This document shows positions 19,628 through 29,600 of a stretch of DNA of 64,000 nt, one piece after another. This DNA comes from Nitrospira sp. CG24A. Lineage in GTDB: Bacteria; Nitrospirota; Nitrospiria; Nitrospirales; Nitrospiraceae. Under the pieces are notes generated by a model. It made no database searches. It saw only the letters and a program-made list of their open reading frames with translations, and was not told the DNA's origin. The DNA lies in the NCBI GenBank assembly GCA_002869925.2, contig NEWT02000035.1, forward strand, positions 587,442 through 651,441, given 5' to 3'. The translations under genes were made by a program, and so were the position numbers. Positions within the stretch are counted from its first letter, which is position 1. Each line of letters begins with the position of its first letter.

Positions 19628-22600
19628 CCTGTTCGTCCGGTCTGTCCGCAGCCTCTCGACCCAGCACAGCTCGCACCATATCTCCGCCGCGAAACACCAG
19701 GAAGTTGGATGGCACAGCGGGCACACGCGGCCCCGGCAAGATGATCCCCACGAGATTCAACGGATCGCTGGCAGATAATTTCATCTCATGAGAGACCATG
19801 CCGGGCTCGTTCTGCTTCCTCCCCGCCCGTAACGATTCAACCGCCTCAGGCAACGCAAACTGCTCTCCGGTAAAGCCGCTCACGAACCGCCCCCCACGGA
19901 TCTCGCCTTGTAGTTCCATCCGGCGGTACTGCACCAGCAGATCGCGCCAGGACTGAACCAGAGACTCACGGACCAGCAGATCACGGAAGACGACGCCGTA
20001 GCGACGCAACAATTGGCGCGCGACAGACTCAGCAGAGCCGCGCTGAGTGCTGGGCGCTGAGTGCTGAGCGGTGGGAAGCGATGGCTGATGGCCGAAAGCA
20101 TGAGGGAGCAGCGACCATCGCCCAGCCGTGTGTCGCGGACGGCGAGTCCGCGCTCGTCCTTCTGCGCGGCGGCGGCGCGGGTCCATGAGAGCACGAAGAT
20201 TGTCGAAGCCGTCAGCCGTCACCAGGCCGGCAGCCACGAGCTCCCACAGTCCATCTTCCACTTCTGCCGGAAGATGGTTGGCCATCCGCACAAGATCGGC
20301 AAAAAAACTTGCGCCCCGCTCCTGCAAGGTACGAAGCAGGTCTTGCGCCACGGAACTCAACTGGGCAAACGGGTCAGGCCCGGCTGATGCGGCGTCATCG
20401 TGGAAGGCCTCCCTCAACCACGCACTCTCTTCACGCGGGAAGAGACTCATCGGCGCCACACTCGTCGGAACGATCCGACGTCGATCACAATCGCCGGCGT
20501 TCGCAAGCCGTGGATGAGGAGAGAGCCTGCCCCAGCTGACCGCACCACTCAGACAGAGCCGGTCCAAGATCTCCGGCTCATATTTCGCCAACCTCGCCCG
20601 AAGCAGATGCGGCTCCCAGGCCGAGGCTGCAGCTTCGAAGCCGGCTAACTGCGCGATGATGTCCAAGAGACCGGCCTCGCCATGGAGACGCGACCCAGGA
20701 GCGACATGCTGCCATTGAAATAAAAATCGCATGAACTCGGCTGCCGTCACCGGCTCGACTTCTTTTCTCAATCTGCCGATAGTCAGACGATGAATCCGCG
20801 CCAGCAACCGGCGGTGACACCACTCAATCCCGTTGCTCGTGAAACGTGAAACGTGAGACGTGAAATGTCCGCGGAGGAGTTGTCCAGATGCTTCGAGGCG
20901 AAGCAGCGAGCCATGAATCGAGTCGGAAGACAGGTGAAGTCGCACAGCCAGCTCTAGAGACGTGGTTGGCCCGATGCTTTCCATCCAGCCAAGCGCCGTG
21001 GCATCAGTCGCGGCTTCGTCGCCCGATGTCAACATCGATTCCACTTGGTCTCGATGTTCTGTCGCCACCCACCCTCTGACTTCTTGCGCCTCACCCCTCA
21101 CACTGAGTTCAACCGCACGCCCTTCTTCAATCAAACGCGGCAAGTGCATCGCCCAGCCCTGCACCTCCTCAACCGGTAACCAGAGCAACGTCAGCAAGGC
21201 GTCGTGCAATTCATCCGGATCGCGCACGACAGGCCAGGACTCCCGCTGTACTTCCTCAATCGCGGCAGGATCCAAGGCCCCAACCTCCCCGGCCAGCTGA
21301 GCCGGCAGCGTACGCCGCATTTCCACGGCCCTCGCCCGACGCTCTTCCAACGGCGCATCGTCGAGAAAGGCATAGGGGTTGGCATTCAAGATCTCGTGTG
21401 AGAACGGAGAGGGCACAGGCGTATCGACCGCCACACAGCTGATGGTCCCTGCTTCAATCTGCTTGAGGAGCGCAGTCAACCCGTCGAGGTCCATCGCCTC
21501 GGTGAAACAATCCCGCAGGGTCTCACGCACAAGCGGATGGTCCGGAATCTGGCGAGTCCGTTCGCCGATCATATTATCCTGACAGGCCATCGCATCAGGG
21601 AAGACGGCGCCAAGAAGATCTTCCGCCTTCATCCGTTGGATCTGCGGCGGAACTTTTTTGCCGTGAGAGAACCGCAGCAAGACCAACGCACGACTGACAT
21701 TCCAGCGCCATCGCGTCATAAACATCGGCGCTTGGAGCACGGCGGGAAGCAAGACCTCACGAAGCGTTTGACTGTGCAGAAACCCGAATACCGTATCGAG
21801 CGGAAAGCTATGCTTCTCGCCAAGTGAGATCACAATCCCATTGTCGGTCGCCGCGGCTTGCAATTCGAAATCGAAGGTCACGCAGAACCGCTTCCGCAAA
21901 GCGAGACCCCAGGCCCGATTGATCCGCCCTCCGAAGGGTGTGTGCAAGACCAGCTGCATCCCGCCGCTTTCATCGAAAAACCGCTCCGCGACGATGGTCT
22001 CCTGCGTCGGCACAGTTCCAAGCACGGCCTTGCCTGCCAGCACATATTCGATGGCCTGTTGAGCCCCGCGCTGATCCAGAGCACATTCTTGGCGAAGCCA
22101 TTGAACGGGTGAGGCGTAAGGGGTGAGGGGTAAGGAGGTTGCCTCAAGAGCGTGATCGATATCAGACCGAAGACGAGCCACCTCAGCCGAAAGTTCTGCC
22201 GTCCGCGACGGGGCTTCGCCGCGCCAGAAGGGAATGCTGGGCGCTGCTCCGTGGGCGTCTTCCACCCGCACCTTGCCCCTCTCCACGCCCTTGATGCGCC
22301 AGGACGTGTTGCCCAACAACATGATGTCGCCGGCCAGACTCTCCACCGCAAAATCTTCATCGACCGATCCCACGACCGTCCCATCAGGCTCCGCAATCAC
22401 GGCATAGTTTGCTGTGTCCGGGATGGCCCCACCGGACGTGATCGCCGCCAGTCGCGCCCCTCGACGGCCTTTGATCCGATGGTTGATCCGATCGTGATGC
22501 AGATAGGCCAGACCCCGCCCGCGATTGGTTGCAATCCCATCCGCCAACATCCTCACCACCTGATCGAACTCCGAACGAGCTAGAGCTCGATAGGGATCGG

Positions 22601-23933
22601 CCCGGCGACACAGGTCGAATAAGTCGTCTTCCCGCCAGGTCTGTGTCGCCGCTGCCGCCACCAATTGCTGCGCCAAAATATCGAGCGGAGCGAGCGGCAC
22701 AGCGATGCGATCCAAGACCCCCGCCCGAATAGCACGGATCAGCGCCGCACATTCGAGCAAGTCATCCCTCGTCATGACGAACAGGCGGCCCTTGGGGATG
22801 GCCTTGATCCAGTGGCCGGCCCGGCCGACTCGCTGCAGGCAAGTGGCAATCGCGCGGGGTGAACCGATCTGACAGACAAGATCCACAGCGCCGATATCGA
22901 TGCCGAGTTCCAGCGAGGCCGTGGCGACAACGACGCGCGTCTTGCCGCTCTTGAGCCGTTCTTCCGCCGACAAGCGAATGTGGCGGGAGAGGCTGCCATG
23001 GTGCGCCGCAACGACATCGGCTCCTAGGTCCCGCAGCCGTTCTTCCAGGGAATGCGACACTCGTTCAGCAAGGCGCCTTGTATTCACGAAGACCAAGGTC
23101 GATCGATGCTGCCTGACCAGGCCGGCAATTCGATCATAGACATCGGCCCAAATCGCATTCGTGGCCACCGCGCTCAATTCATCCTTCGGCACTTCTACCG
23201 CCAGATCCATCTCCCGCTTGTGTCCCACGTCGATGATCGCCGGCATCGGGCGATCCCCGACCAGAAACCGTGCGACCGTTTCAATCGGCCGCTGCGTAGC
23301 CGAGAGCCCGATCCGCTGAGGCTTCGTCAACGTGAGCGTTTCCAGCCGCTCTAACGACAGCGCGAGATGTGCCCCGCGTTTATTCGGCGCGACCGCATGG
23401 ATTTCATCGACGATGACGGTTCGGACCGTCTGCAAGAGCCGGCGGCTCTTCTCTGCCGTCAATAAAATATAGAGCGACTCCGGCGTGGTGACGAGAATAT
23501 GGGGTGGCCGCTTGAGCATCAGCTGGCGCTCTGCCATCGGGGTATCGCCCGTGCGGACCAGCACACGGAGCTCCGGCATCAAGAGCCCGGCAGACATGGC
23601 TGCGGTACCGATTTCAGCTAGTGGTTGCTGGAGGTTTTTCTGTATGTCGTTGCTGAGCGCTTTCAGGGGCGAAACATAGAGCACCTGCGTCTGATCGTCG
23701 AGCTCACGGGCCAGGGTTTGCTTGAACAGATGATCGATGCAGGAGAGAAAGGCGGCAAACGTCTTGCCGGAACCGGTCGGCGCAGCAATCAGCACATCGG
23801 CCCCAGACTGAATGGCCGGCCAAGCCTGTTGCTGGGCTTCAGTTGGAGTTCCAACGTTCGAAGCAAACCACTCGGCAATGAGAGGATGAAAGAGGGCCAG
23901 CAACATCGGCGGCATCTTACCATGCGCAAGCAC
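19587..23933 (-). CDS. lhr: Lhr-family large ATP-dependent DEAD/DEAH helicase
   Basis: N-terminus FHPLIAEWF, motif I AAPTGSGKT, motif II VIVDEIHAV, followed by a long Lhr-type C-terminal extension. Start uncertain: GTG at 23933 or ATG at 23915. Confidence 0.9.
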   Translation of the reverse strand: MLAHGKMPPMLLALFHPLIAEWFASNVGTPTEAQQQAWPAIQSGADVLIAAPTGSGKTFAAFLSCIDHLFKQTLARELDDQTQVLYVSPLKALSNDIQKNLQQPLAEIGTAAMSAGLLMPELRVLVRTGDTPMAERQLMLKRPPHILVTTPESLYILLTAEKSRRLLQTVRTVIVDEIHAVAPNKRGAHLALSLERLETLTLTKPQRIGLSATQRPIETVARFLVGDRPMPAIIDVGHKREMDLAVEVPKDELSAVATNAIWADVYDRIAGLVRQHRSTLVFVNTRRLAERVSHSLEERLRDLGADVVAAHHGSLSRHIRLSAEERLKSGKTRVVVATASLELGIDIGAVDLVCQIGSPRAIATCLQRVGRAGHWIKAIPKGRLFVMTRDDLLECAALIRAIRAGVLDRIAVPLAPLDILAQQLVAAAATQTWREDDLFDLCRRADPYRALARSEFDQVVRMLADGIATNRGRGLAYLHHDRINHRIKGRRGARLAAITSGGAIPDTANYAVIAEPDGTVVGSVDEDFAVESLAGDIMLLGNTSWRIKGVERGKVRVEDAHGAAPSIPFWRGEAPSRTAELSAEVARLRSDIDHALEATSLPLTPYASPVQWLRQECALDQRGAQQAIEYVLAGKAVLGTVPTQETIVAERFFDESGGMQLVLHTPFGGRINRAWGLALRKRFCVTFDFELQAAATDNGIVISLGEKHSFPLDTVFGFLHSQTLREVLLPAVLQAPMFMTRWRWNVSRALVLLRFSHGKKVPPQIQRMKAEDLLGAVFPDAMACQDNMIGERTRQIPDHPLVRETLRDCFTEAMDLDGLTALLKQIEAGTISCVAVDTPVPSPFSHEILNANPYAFLDDAPLEERRARAVEMRRTLPAQLAGEVGALDPAAIEEVQRESWPVVRDPDELHDALLTLLWLPVEEVQGWAMHLPRLIEEGRAVELSVRGEAQEVRGWVATEHRDQVESMLTSGDEAATDATALGWMESIGPTTSLELAVRLHLSSDSIHGSLLRLEASGQLLRGHFTSHVSRFTSNGIEWCHRRLLARIHRLTIGRLRKEVEPVTAAEFMRFLFQWQHVAPGSRLHGEAGLLDIIAQLAGFEAAASAWEPHLLRARLAKYEPEILDRLCLSGAVSWGRLSPHPRLANAGDCDRRRIVPTSVAPMSLFPREESAWLREAFHDDAASAGPDPFAQLSSVAQDLLRTLQERGASFFADLVRMANHLPAEVEDGLWELVAAGLVTADGFDNLRALMDPRRRRAEGRARTRRPRHTAGRWSLLPHAFGHQPSLPTAQHSAPSTQRGSAESVARQLLRRYGVVFRDLLVRESLVQSWRDLLVQYRRMELQGEIRGGRFVSGFTGEQFALPEAVESLRAGRKQNEPGMVSHEMKLSASDPLNLVGIILPGPRVPAVPSNFLVFRGGDMVRAVLGREAADRPDEQAMEQGRVTLVGQE
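20838..20865. repeat. Heptanucleotide tandem repeat (CGTGAAA x4, one variant) inside the lhr coding region
   Basis: CGTGAAA CGTGAAA CGTGAGA CGTGAAA. Translated on the minus strand as HFTSHVSRFTS. Confidence 0.9.
22107..22134. repeat. Second heptanucleotide tandem repeat inside lhr
   Basis: GGGTGAG GCGTAAG GGGTGAG GGGTAAG. Translated on the minus strand as LPLTPYASP. Confidence 0.85.
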
Positions 23934-23985
23934 GGTGCTCTACTCAACCTCGCCTGATCTAGGGATACATAAAAGCCGTGATTTG

Positions 23986-24013
23986 TTGATCTATTACGCA
24001 AACGAGATAGTAT
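23986..24013 (+). promoter_or_regulatory. Candidate sigma70-type promoter for the 24074-32978 operon
   Basis: TTGATC, 16 nt spacer, TAGTAT, in an AT-rich intergenic region ~60 nt upstream of the ATG at 24074. Motif match only. Confidence 0.25.
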
Positions 24014-24073
24014 CTCAACTGAGCGATTTGTATACGAATACGAGCTGCCACGGACTTACAGACGAGGTCGATC

Positions 24074-24505
24074 ATGAACACAGCGACGCAAGCCACAGCC
24101 TCAGCCGATTCATCGAAGAAGCGCGGCAATATCCTGGCCGTGATCGTCATCATCCTGGCCCTTGGCCTCATCGGAGGAGTCATCTCCACTATAGGCAATG
24201 CCCCTTCGTGCCCTGATGAACTCATCGGCTCATGGACGACGACTGCAACAGGATACGAAGACAAAGTGCTCTTAATCACCAAAAAAGGGTTGGCGTTCAA
24301 CGCGGGAGAAGGGGCGATCGAGGGACAGGCCATTCGGCAGGTGGAGGCGATCCCGGACGGACTTGGAACCTTGTACACCATCGTCTACGGCGCCTCGCGA
24401 AGCGATGAACAAACTTTGTCGTTTTACTATCACCCCCGCGAGCGCACCATCACCTTCAAGACACAGTCTTACCTCGTGTGGACAAGAAAAACGGTGGAGT
24501 CATGA
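24074..24505 (+). CDS. Membrane-anchored hypothetical protein
   Basis: GAGG Shine-Dalgarno. A single TM segment ILAVIVIILALGLIGGVI. First gene of a tightly packed co-directional cluster. Confidence 0.6.
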   Translation: MNTATQATASADSSKKRGNILAVIVIILALGLIGGVISTIGNAPSCPDELIGSWTTTATGYEDKVLLITKKGLAFNAGEGAIEGQAIRQVEAIPDGLGTLYTIVYGASRSDEQTLSFYYHPRERTITFKTQSYLVWTRKTVES

Positions 24506-25131
24506 CAGGCCGATTTAAACGTCGACAGCTGTTCGTTCACCCGATTCAGTACTGGTTTGTCGTCACGACGCTGATGTACTTCGCCTGTACGTTGGTCGTG
24601 CTGTACGGGGTCGTCGTCCTTCCGATGGTGCAATCCCTCGATGACCCATCCGTGCCGTGGCAGGAACGGGCCCAGGCGGCGACGCAGTTCCTGGACTTCA
24701 ATGCGCGGGTCTGGCCCTGGATCTTAGTGACCTTTCTCGGCCTCCTCCTCCACTCCCTGTACTTCATGCACCGCATTGCCGGTCCGCTGTATCGCTTTAA
24801 GGCGCTCTTCCACACGATCGGAGCCGGCAATCTCTACCAGAGGGCCAAGCTGCGCGAGCATGACTATCTGCAACGAGAAGCGGGAGACCTCAACGCGATG
24901 CTGGACCAACTGGAGCAGAAAATCGAATCCTTGAATGTGCATTGTGCCAATGTCACGAACGCCTACGAGGATGTGGCGCGGCTGATCCAAGGGCGGTCGC
25001 CGAGCCCTGTGAATGCCACCCTTCAGACGCTCGAAGAGGAAGTCCGTCAGTTCAGGGCCAGTCTTGACGAATTTAGGTTGCGGGCTCCACAGCCGCCTCT
25101 GGACCCATCGGCCACGATGAAGGCTGCGTAA
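24502..25131 (+). CDS. Two-TM membrane protein with HAMP-like domain and coiled coil (paralog 1)
   Basis: The ATG overlaps the upstream stop (ATGA). HRIAGPLYRFKALFHTIGAGNLYQRAKLREHDYLQREAGDLNAMLDQL fits the HAMP pattern. Confidence 0.7.
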   Translation: MTGRFKRRQLFVHPIQYWFVVTTLMYFACTLVVLYGVVVLPMVQSLDDPSVPWQERAQAATQFLDFNARVWPWILVTFLGLLLHSLYFMHRIAGPLYRFKALFHTIGAGNLYQRAKLREHDYLQREAGDLNAMLDQLEQKIESLNVHCANVTNAYEDVARLIQGRSPSPVNATLQTLEEEVRQFRASLDEFRLRAPQPPLDPSATMKAA

Positions 25132-25133
25132 CC

Positions 25134-25883
25134 ATGGGCCAACCGCAGCGAGCAACCATCACACCTGAGGATACAGCCGATTCCGCATCCGGGGAGACGA
25201 CCTCAAAAGATAGGTCCGCCAACAGATCTTTTCCCTCTCCCCATCTTGAGAAACCACCGAGCCAACGCCAAGCCGAACATCGGACCGAGTACACACGCCG
25301 GAAACGGTGGGCCATTGTCCATTCTCTCCAAATTCGCATGCTCAGCATGATTCTCTCCTATACGCTGATCATCTTTGTGTTGTTGGCTATTCCCGTGTTC
25401 AGCCCACTGATGCAAGCACTCGACGATCGTTCGCTCTCGTGGCAAGAGAGGGCCGCCGTCGGTAACGATTTACTCAATCTCCACGCCAGATACTGGCCCT
25501 GGGCGCTTGGCGCCGGCCTCGTGCTCGTGATCCATTGCATTCATTCCATGCACATCATGTTTCGCGTCGCCGGCCCTCTGTATCGTCTCAAGAACGTGTT
25601 TCCGCAAATCGGGCAGGGCAACCTCTCAATCAGAGCGACGCTTCGGAAAGGGGATTTCCTGAGCCCGGAAACCGAACTCGTGAATCAGATGACGGCGCAG
25701 CTCCAAGCAAAAATCAGCGCCATGAAGATACGTCAGGCCACTGTGTCCCTTGATATCGACCGGTTGAAACAGGCTGGCGCAACGGCGGGCAATCCCACCG
25801 TCGCAGAGATCGTCAAGAAGACGGAACAAGACTTGGCAGACCTGAAAGCCTCCCTCGATTCATTCAAGACACAGAATGGATAG
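25134..25883 (+). CDS. Two-TM membrane protein with HAMP-like domain (paralog 2)
   Basis: Collinear with the preceding protein: LMQALDDRSLSWQERAA...RVAGPLYRLKNVFPQIGQGNLSIRATLRKGDFL..E..LVNQM. Confidence 0.7.
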   Translation: MGQPQRATITPEDTADSASGETTSKDRSANRSFPSPHLEKPPSQRQAEHRTEYTRRKRWAIVHSLQIRMLSMILSYTLIIFVLLAIPVFSPLMQALDDRSLSWQERAAVGNDLLNLHARYWPWALGAGLVLVIHCIHSMHIMFRVAGPLYRLKNVFPQIGQGNLSIRATLRKGDFLSPETELVNQMTAQLQAKISAMKIRQATVSLDIDRLKQAGATAGNPTVAEIVKKTEQDLADLKASLDSFKTQNG

Positions 25884-26628
25884 ACGAAAACTCATGGCCG
25901 ATTGGAGAACATACCTCTTGGCGAAACAGCCATTCATTGGGCCACGCTCGACACCGAAGCGCCTTGAGCACAGCGGAGGGTTCACCCTCATTGAACTCAT
26001 GCTCGCCGTGACCATCATCGGGATCATCAGCAGCTTGGCTATTCCTAACTACCTGGGATTTCTTGAAAAGGCCCGGGTTGCCCGGACTGTGGCAGAACTA
26101 AACGGCCTCGCCAAGGAAGTAAAAGGATATGCGCTTTCCACAGAACTATACCCCGACAGCCTGGCGCAAATAGGGCGCAGCGCCCTGTTAGACCCATGGG
26201 GGAATCCGTATCAGTACTATCGCCTCAATTGCGGGGCTGTCGTCCTTGGCCGACTCAATAATCTCGAATCGCCTGCCTTCGGCTCTGTCGGACCTGTCCT
26301 TCCCGTCAGCGTGACGTTCCCTGCCATCAACGCGCACGTTTCCTTCGCGGTGTATGAGGGGGGCGGTCTCCAAGGAATGATTCAGCTTACTCAGGGCAAC
26401 GGAGGTGGGAATGGAGGAGGTGGGAATGGAGGAGGCGGCGGTCCGCCCTGTGGCAGCATCGGGCATGCAAGGAAAGACCGCTTTCTCGTCCCGATTAACT
26501 CCGATTTCGACCTCTACAGTATAGGTAAAAATGGACAATCTGCTAGCCCGCTGACGGCAGGGATAAGTCATGATGACGTCATTCGGGCCAACGATGGCGG
26601 ATTTTACGGCTTGGCATCCAATTTCTAA
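25876..26628 (+). CDS. GspG-like pseudopilin (prepilin-type N-terminus) with Gly/Asn-rich C-terminal extension
   Basis: GGFTLIELMLAVTIIGIISSLAIPNY cleavage/methylation motif. LDPWGNPYQYY resembles the GspG signature. GNGGGNGGGGNGGGGGPP tract. Confidence 0.75.
   Translation: MDRRKLMADWRTYLLAKQPFIGPRSTPKRLEHSGGFTLIELMLAVTIIGIISSLAIPNYLGFLEKARVARTVAELNGLAKEVKGYALSTELYPDSLAQIGRSALLDPWGNPYQYYRLNCGAVVLGRLNNLESPAFGSVGPVLPVSVTFPAINAHVSFAVYEGGGLQGMIQLTQGNGGGNGGGGNGGGGGPPCGSIGHARKDRFLVPINSDFDLYSIGKNGQSASPLTAGISHDDVIRANDGGFYGLASNF
26401..26430 (+). repeat. Perfect 15 nt tandem duplication in the pseudopilin gene
   Basis: GGAGGTGGGAATGGA x2, followed by the related GGAGGCGGCGGTCCG. In frame; encodes GGGNG repeats. 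Confidence 0.9.
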
Positions 26629-26640
26629 CCCGTCGGGATT

Positions 26641-29600
26641 ATGACAAGCTTCTTCTCCTTTTCGCTGCTCCAGAGTCGCATCGCACGCCGCATATTAGGG
26701 CTGTTTGTCCTTTGCGCCCTGGTTCCGACCTCGATTCTTGGATGGGTATCGTACCACCAAGTGACAGACCAACTGATTCATCAAGCGTCAGCCCGTCTGA
26801 GGCAGGAGAGCAAGTCCCAGGGGATGCTCCTCTACAACCACCTCCTGACTCTGAAAGCTTATCTCGATCGTATCGCCGGCGAACAGCCCGCAGACGGAAC
26901 CGTCGCCGAAGACGTAACCATCACAGCTTCGGCAAAGGACGCGGGCCGTCAGTTCCGTGAACTTCGACTGCTCATGTACGACAGCCCGGATCGGCACCAG
27001 CTGAACGGCGCGCAGGTGAAACACCTTCAGGCAGGCAACACGCTGTTGCGGTTTCAGCCCACGACAAATGGTTCACGCCAACTGGTGCTGACCCGTGCCA
27101 TAAACCCGGCCCGGTGGGAGGCAGGACTCCTGTCGGCACAGGTTGACGAGGCCCAGTTCTGGAGTACGCAGGTCAAGGAAACCTTGCCGGCCGATACCGA
27201 TCTCGTCATTGAGGATCAAGGGCGACAGGCCCTCTACTCCACGTTTCCACACCCGATGGATCTCCCGGACCTTCATCGGCAGGACCTTGCGGCCCCTATG
27301 GCAGAGGCGTTTGTGTGGCAGACAGACGGCCAAGAGTATATCGCAGGAGCCTGGACGATCCCGCTACGATACATTTTTCTTGCGGACCCCTGGATCATCT
27401 CCCTGAGCCAATCCAAAGAATCTGCGTTAGCCCCGGTCGATCAATTTCGTCACACCTTCTTCCTGGTGATAGCCTCAACGTTGAGTGCCGTGGTTCTGCT
27501 CAGCCTCTCTCACATCCGCCGGAGTCTCCAACCAGTGACACTCTTACAGGAAGGCAGCGCCCGTCTCGCCGGTGGAGACTTTACCACTCGCGTCACCGTC
27601 AACAGCCGGGACGAATTCGAGGACCTGGCGGCCTCTTTCAACAGCATGACCGGCCAACTCAGCCAACAGTTTCACATGTTGGAAACCCTCTCGGCCATCA
27701 GTCAATCCATCCTCTCCAGCCACGACCCGAGCGCGATGGTGAATATCGTGCATTCTCGAATCTCAGAAACGATCGCCTGTGACGCCGTCGGCATGACCCT
27801 GATGGACTCGGACCAACGTGGGCCTACCACGATGTCCGTGAGACAGCTGAACTCCCAGTCCGAGAATGAGATTACGGAATATGCCTGTCAGTTCTCGCAG
27901 GACGATCTTGCCGTCCTGCAGGCCCATCCAAACCATATGATGGTGCCGTCGTCGTCCTTGCCCGGCTACCTCGTGCCGATGAATCAACCGGAGCTCCTCT
28001 TCTTCGTCGTCTTTCCGATCGTCGTGAACAATCACATCAGCGGCATGTTGGTGCTCGCATACCGCCAGAGAAAGAAGCCGTCAGCCGACAATGTGGCCTC
28101 TGCCCGACGGCTGGCCGATCAAGTGGCCGTCGCCCTGACGAACAGCCGTGCCATTGAATCGCGCTTACGCGCCCAATTGGAGTTGGTCGGAGCGGTCGAC
28201 GCAAGACACCAAGCTGAGGAACGGGCGACGGTGCTCCAAGCAGTCAACCAGTCGCTGCAGACAAAGGAAGAGCGGCTGCGGCTCCAGCAGAGTGCCACGC
28301 TCGCGCTTGTGAAAGACCTCACGATCTACGAAGGCTCACTTGCAGAAACTGCCCAGCAAGTCACCGCCACCGCCACCCAGGCGTTCACCGTGGAGCGAGC
28401 CAGTGTCTGGATCCTCGAACCCACGTCGCACGGCCTCTACTGCCTCGATAGCTATGAACGGTCTGAGGATCGTCACTCCCCGAGGGCCACCCTGTCACGG
28501 ACACAACTTCCGACCTATTTCGAGGCGCTGGAGCGCGAGCACGTGATCGCCGCGGCTCAGGCGCAAGAACACGCGAACTTTCAGGAGCTGGTCACAAACA
28601 TTCTTGCGCCGCGGTGCGTGACCTCACGGCTGGACGCCCCCATCCGCACCAAGGGAGGATTGGCCGGTGTGGTGTCGATCGAGCATGTCGGTCCTTCCAG
28701 GGTATGGGCGCCTGATGAACTACAGTTTGCCCAGGCGCTGGCTAACTTCATGGCGCTCGTCCTCGAAGCGGCTCGCCGCCGTGAGTCCGAGGAGGCGCTT
28801 GCAGTCGCCAAGACGGCGGCAGAAGACGCCACCAAAGCCAAGGCAGAATTCCTTGCCAATATGAGCCACGAGATCCGCACACCGATGAATGGGGTGATCG
28901 GTATGACCGACATACTGGCGCACACGTCGCTCTCCCAGACGCAGCGCCACTATGTGGAGACGATCCGCAACTCCGGAGACACCCTGCTCACCCTCATCAA
29001 TGACATTCTCGACTTTTCAAAAATCGAGGCCGGCAAACTGGAAATCCATGCGACCGCGATCGACCTCAGAGACCTGGTTGAAAACACTGCGGAACAGCTG
29101 GCCGAGCGAGCCCAACGGAAAGGTCTTCAGCTGCTGGTGGAATATGAGCTGTCTGCTCCGACCACTGTGATCGGCGATCCCATTCGTATCCGTCAGATCC
29201 TGACAAATTTGCTCGGCAATGCTATCAAATTCACCCAGCAGGGCGACGTGAGAGTACAGGTGACCGGCGCTCCACAGCAGTCCAGAGAAGCCGGCCCTGC
29301 CATCGTCACACTCGCCGTCACTGACACAGGCGCGGGCATCAGCCCCGAAGGACAGGCAAGGCTCTTTCAATCGTTTTCCCAAGTGGATGGGTCCTCGACA
29401 AGAGTCCATGGGGGAACAGGGCTTGGACTCAGCATTTGTAAGCAACTCAGTGAATTGATGGGCGGGGCCATCGGCGTGCAGAGCGTCACCGGACAGGGAA
29501 GCACGTTCTGGGTCAGGCTCCCTTTATCTCTACCTGCGCACACGGGTCCTGACGAGTTGAGCACGCCGCACCCTGCGCTCGAAGGCCTCAGGATTTGCGC

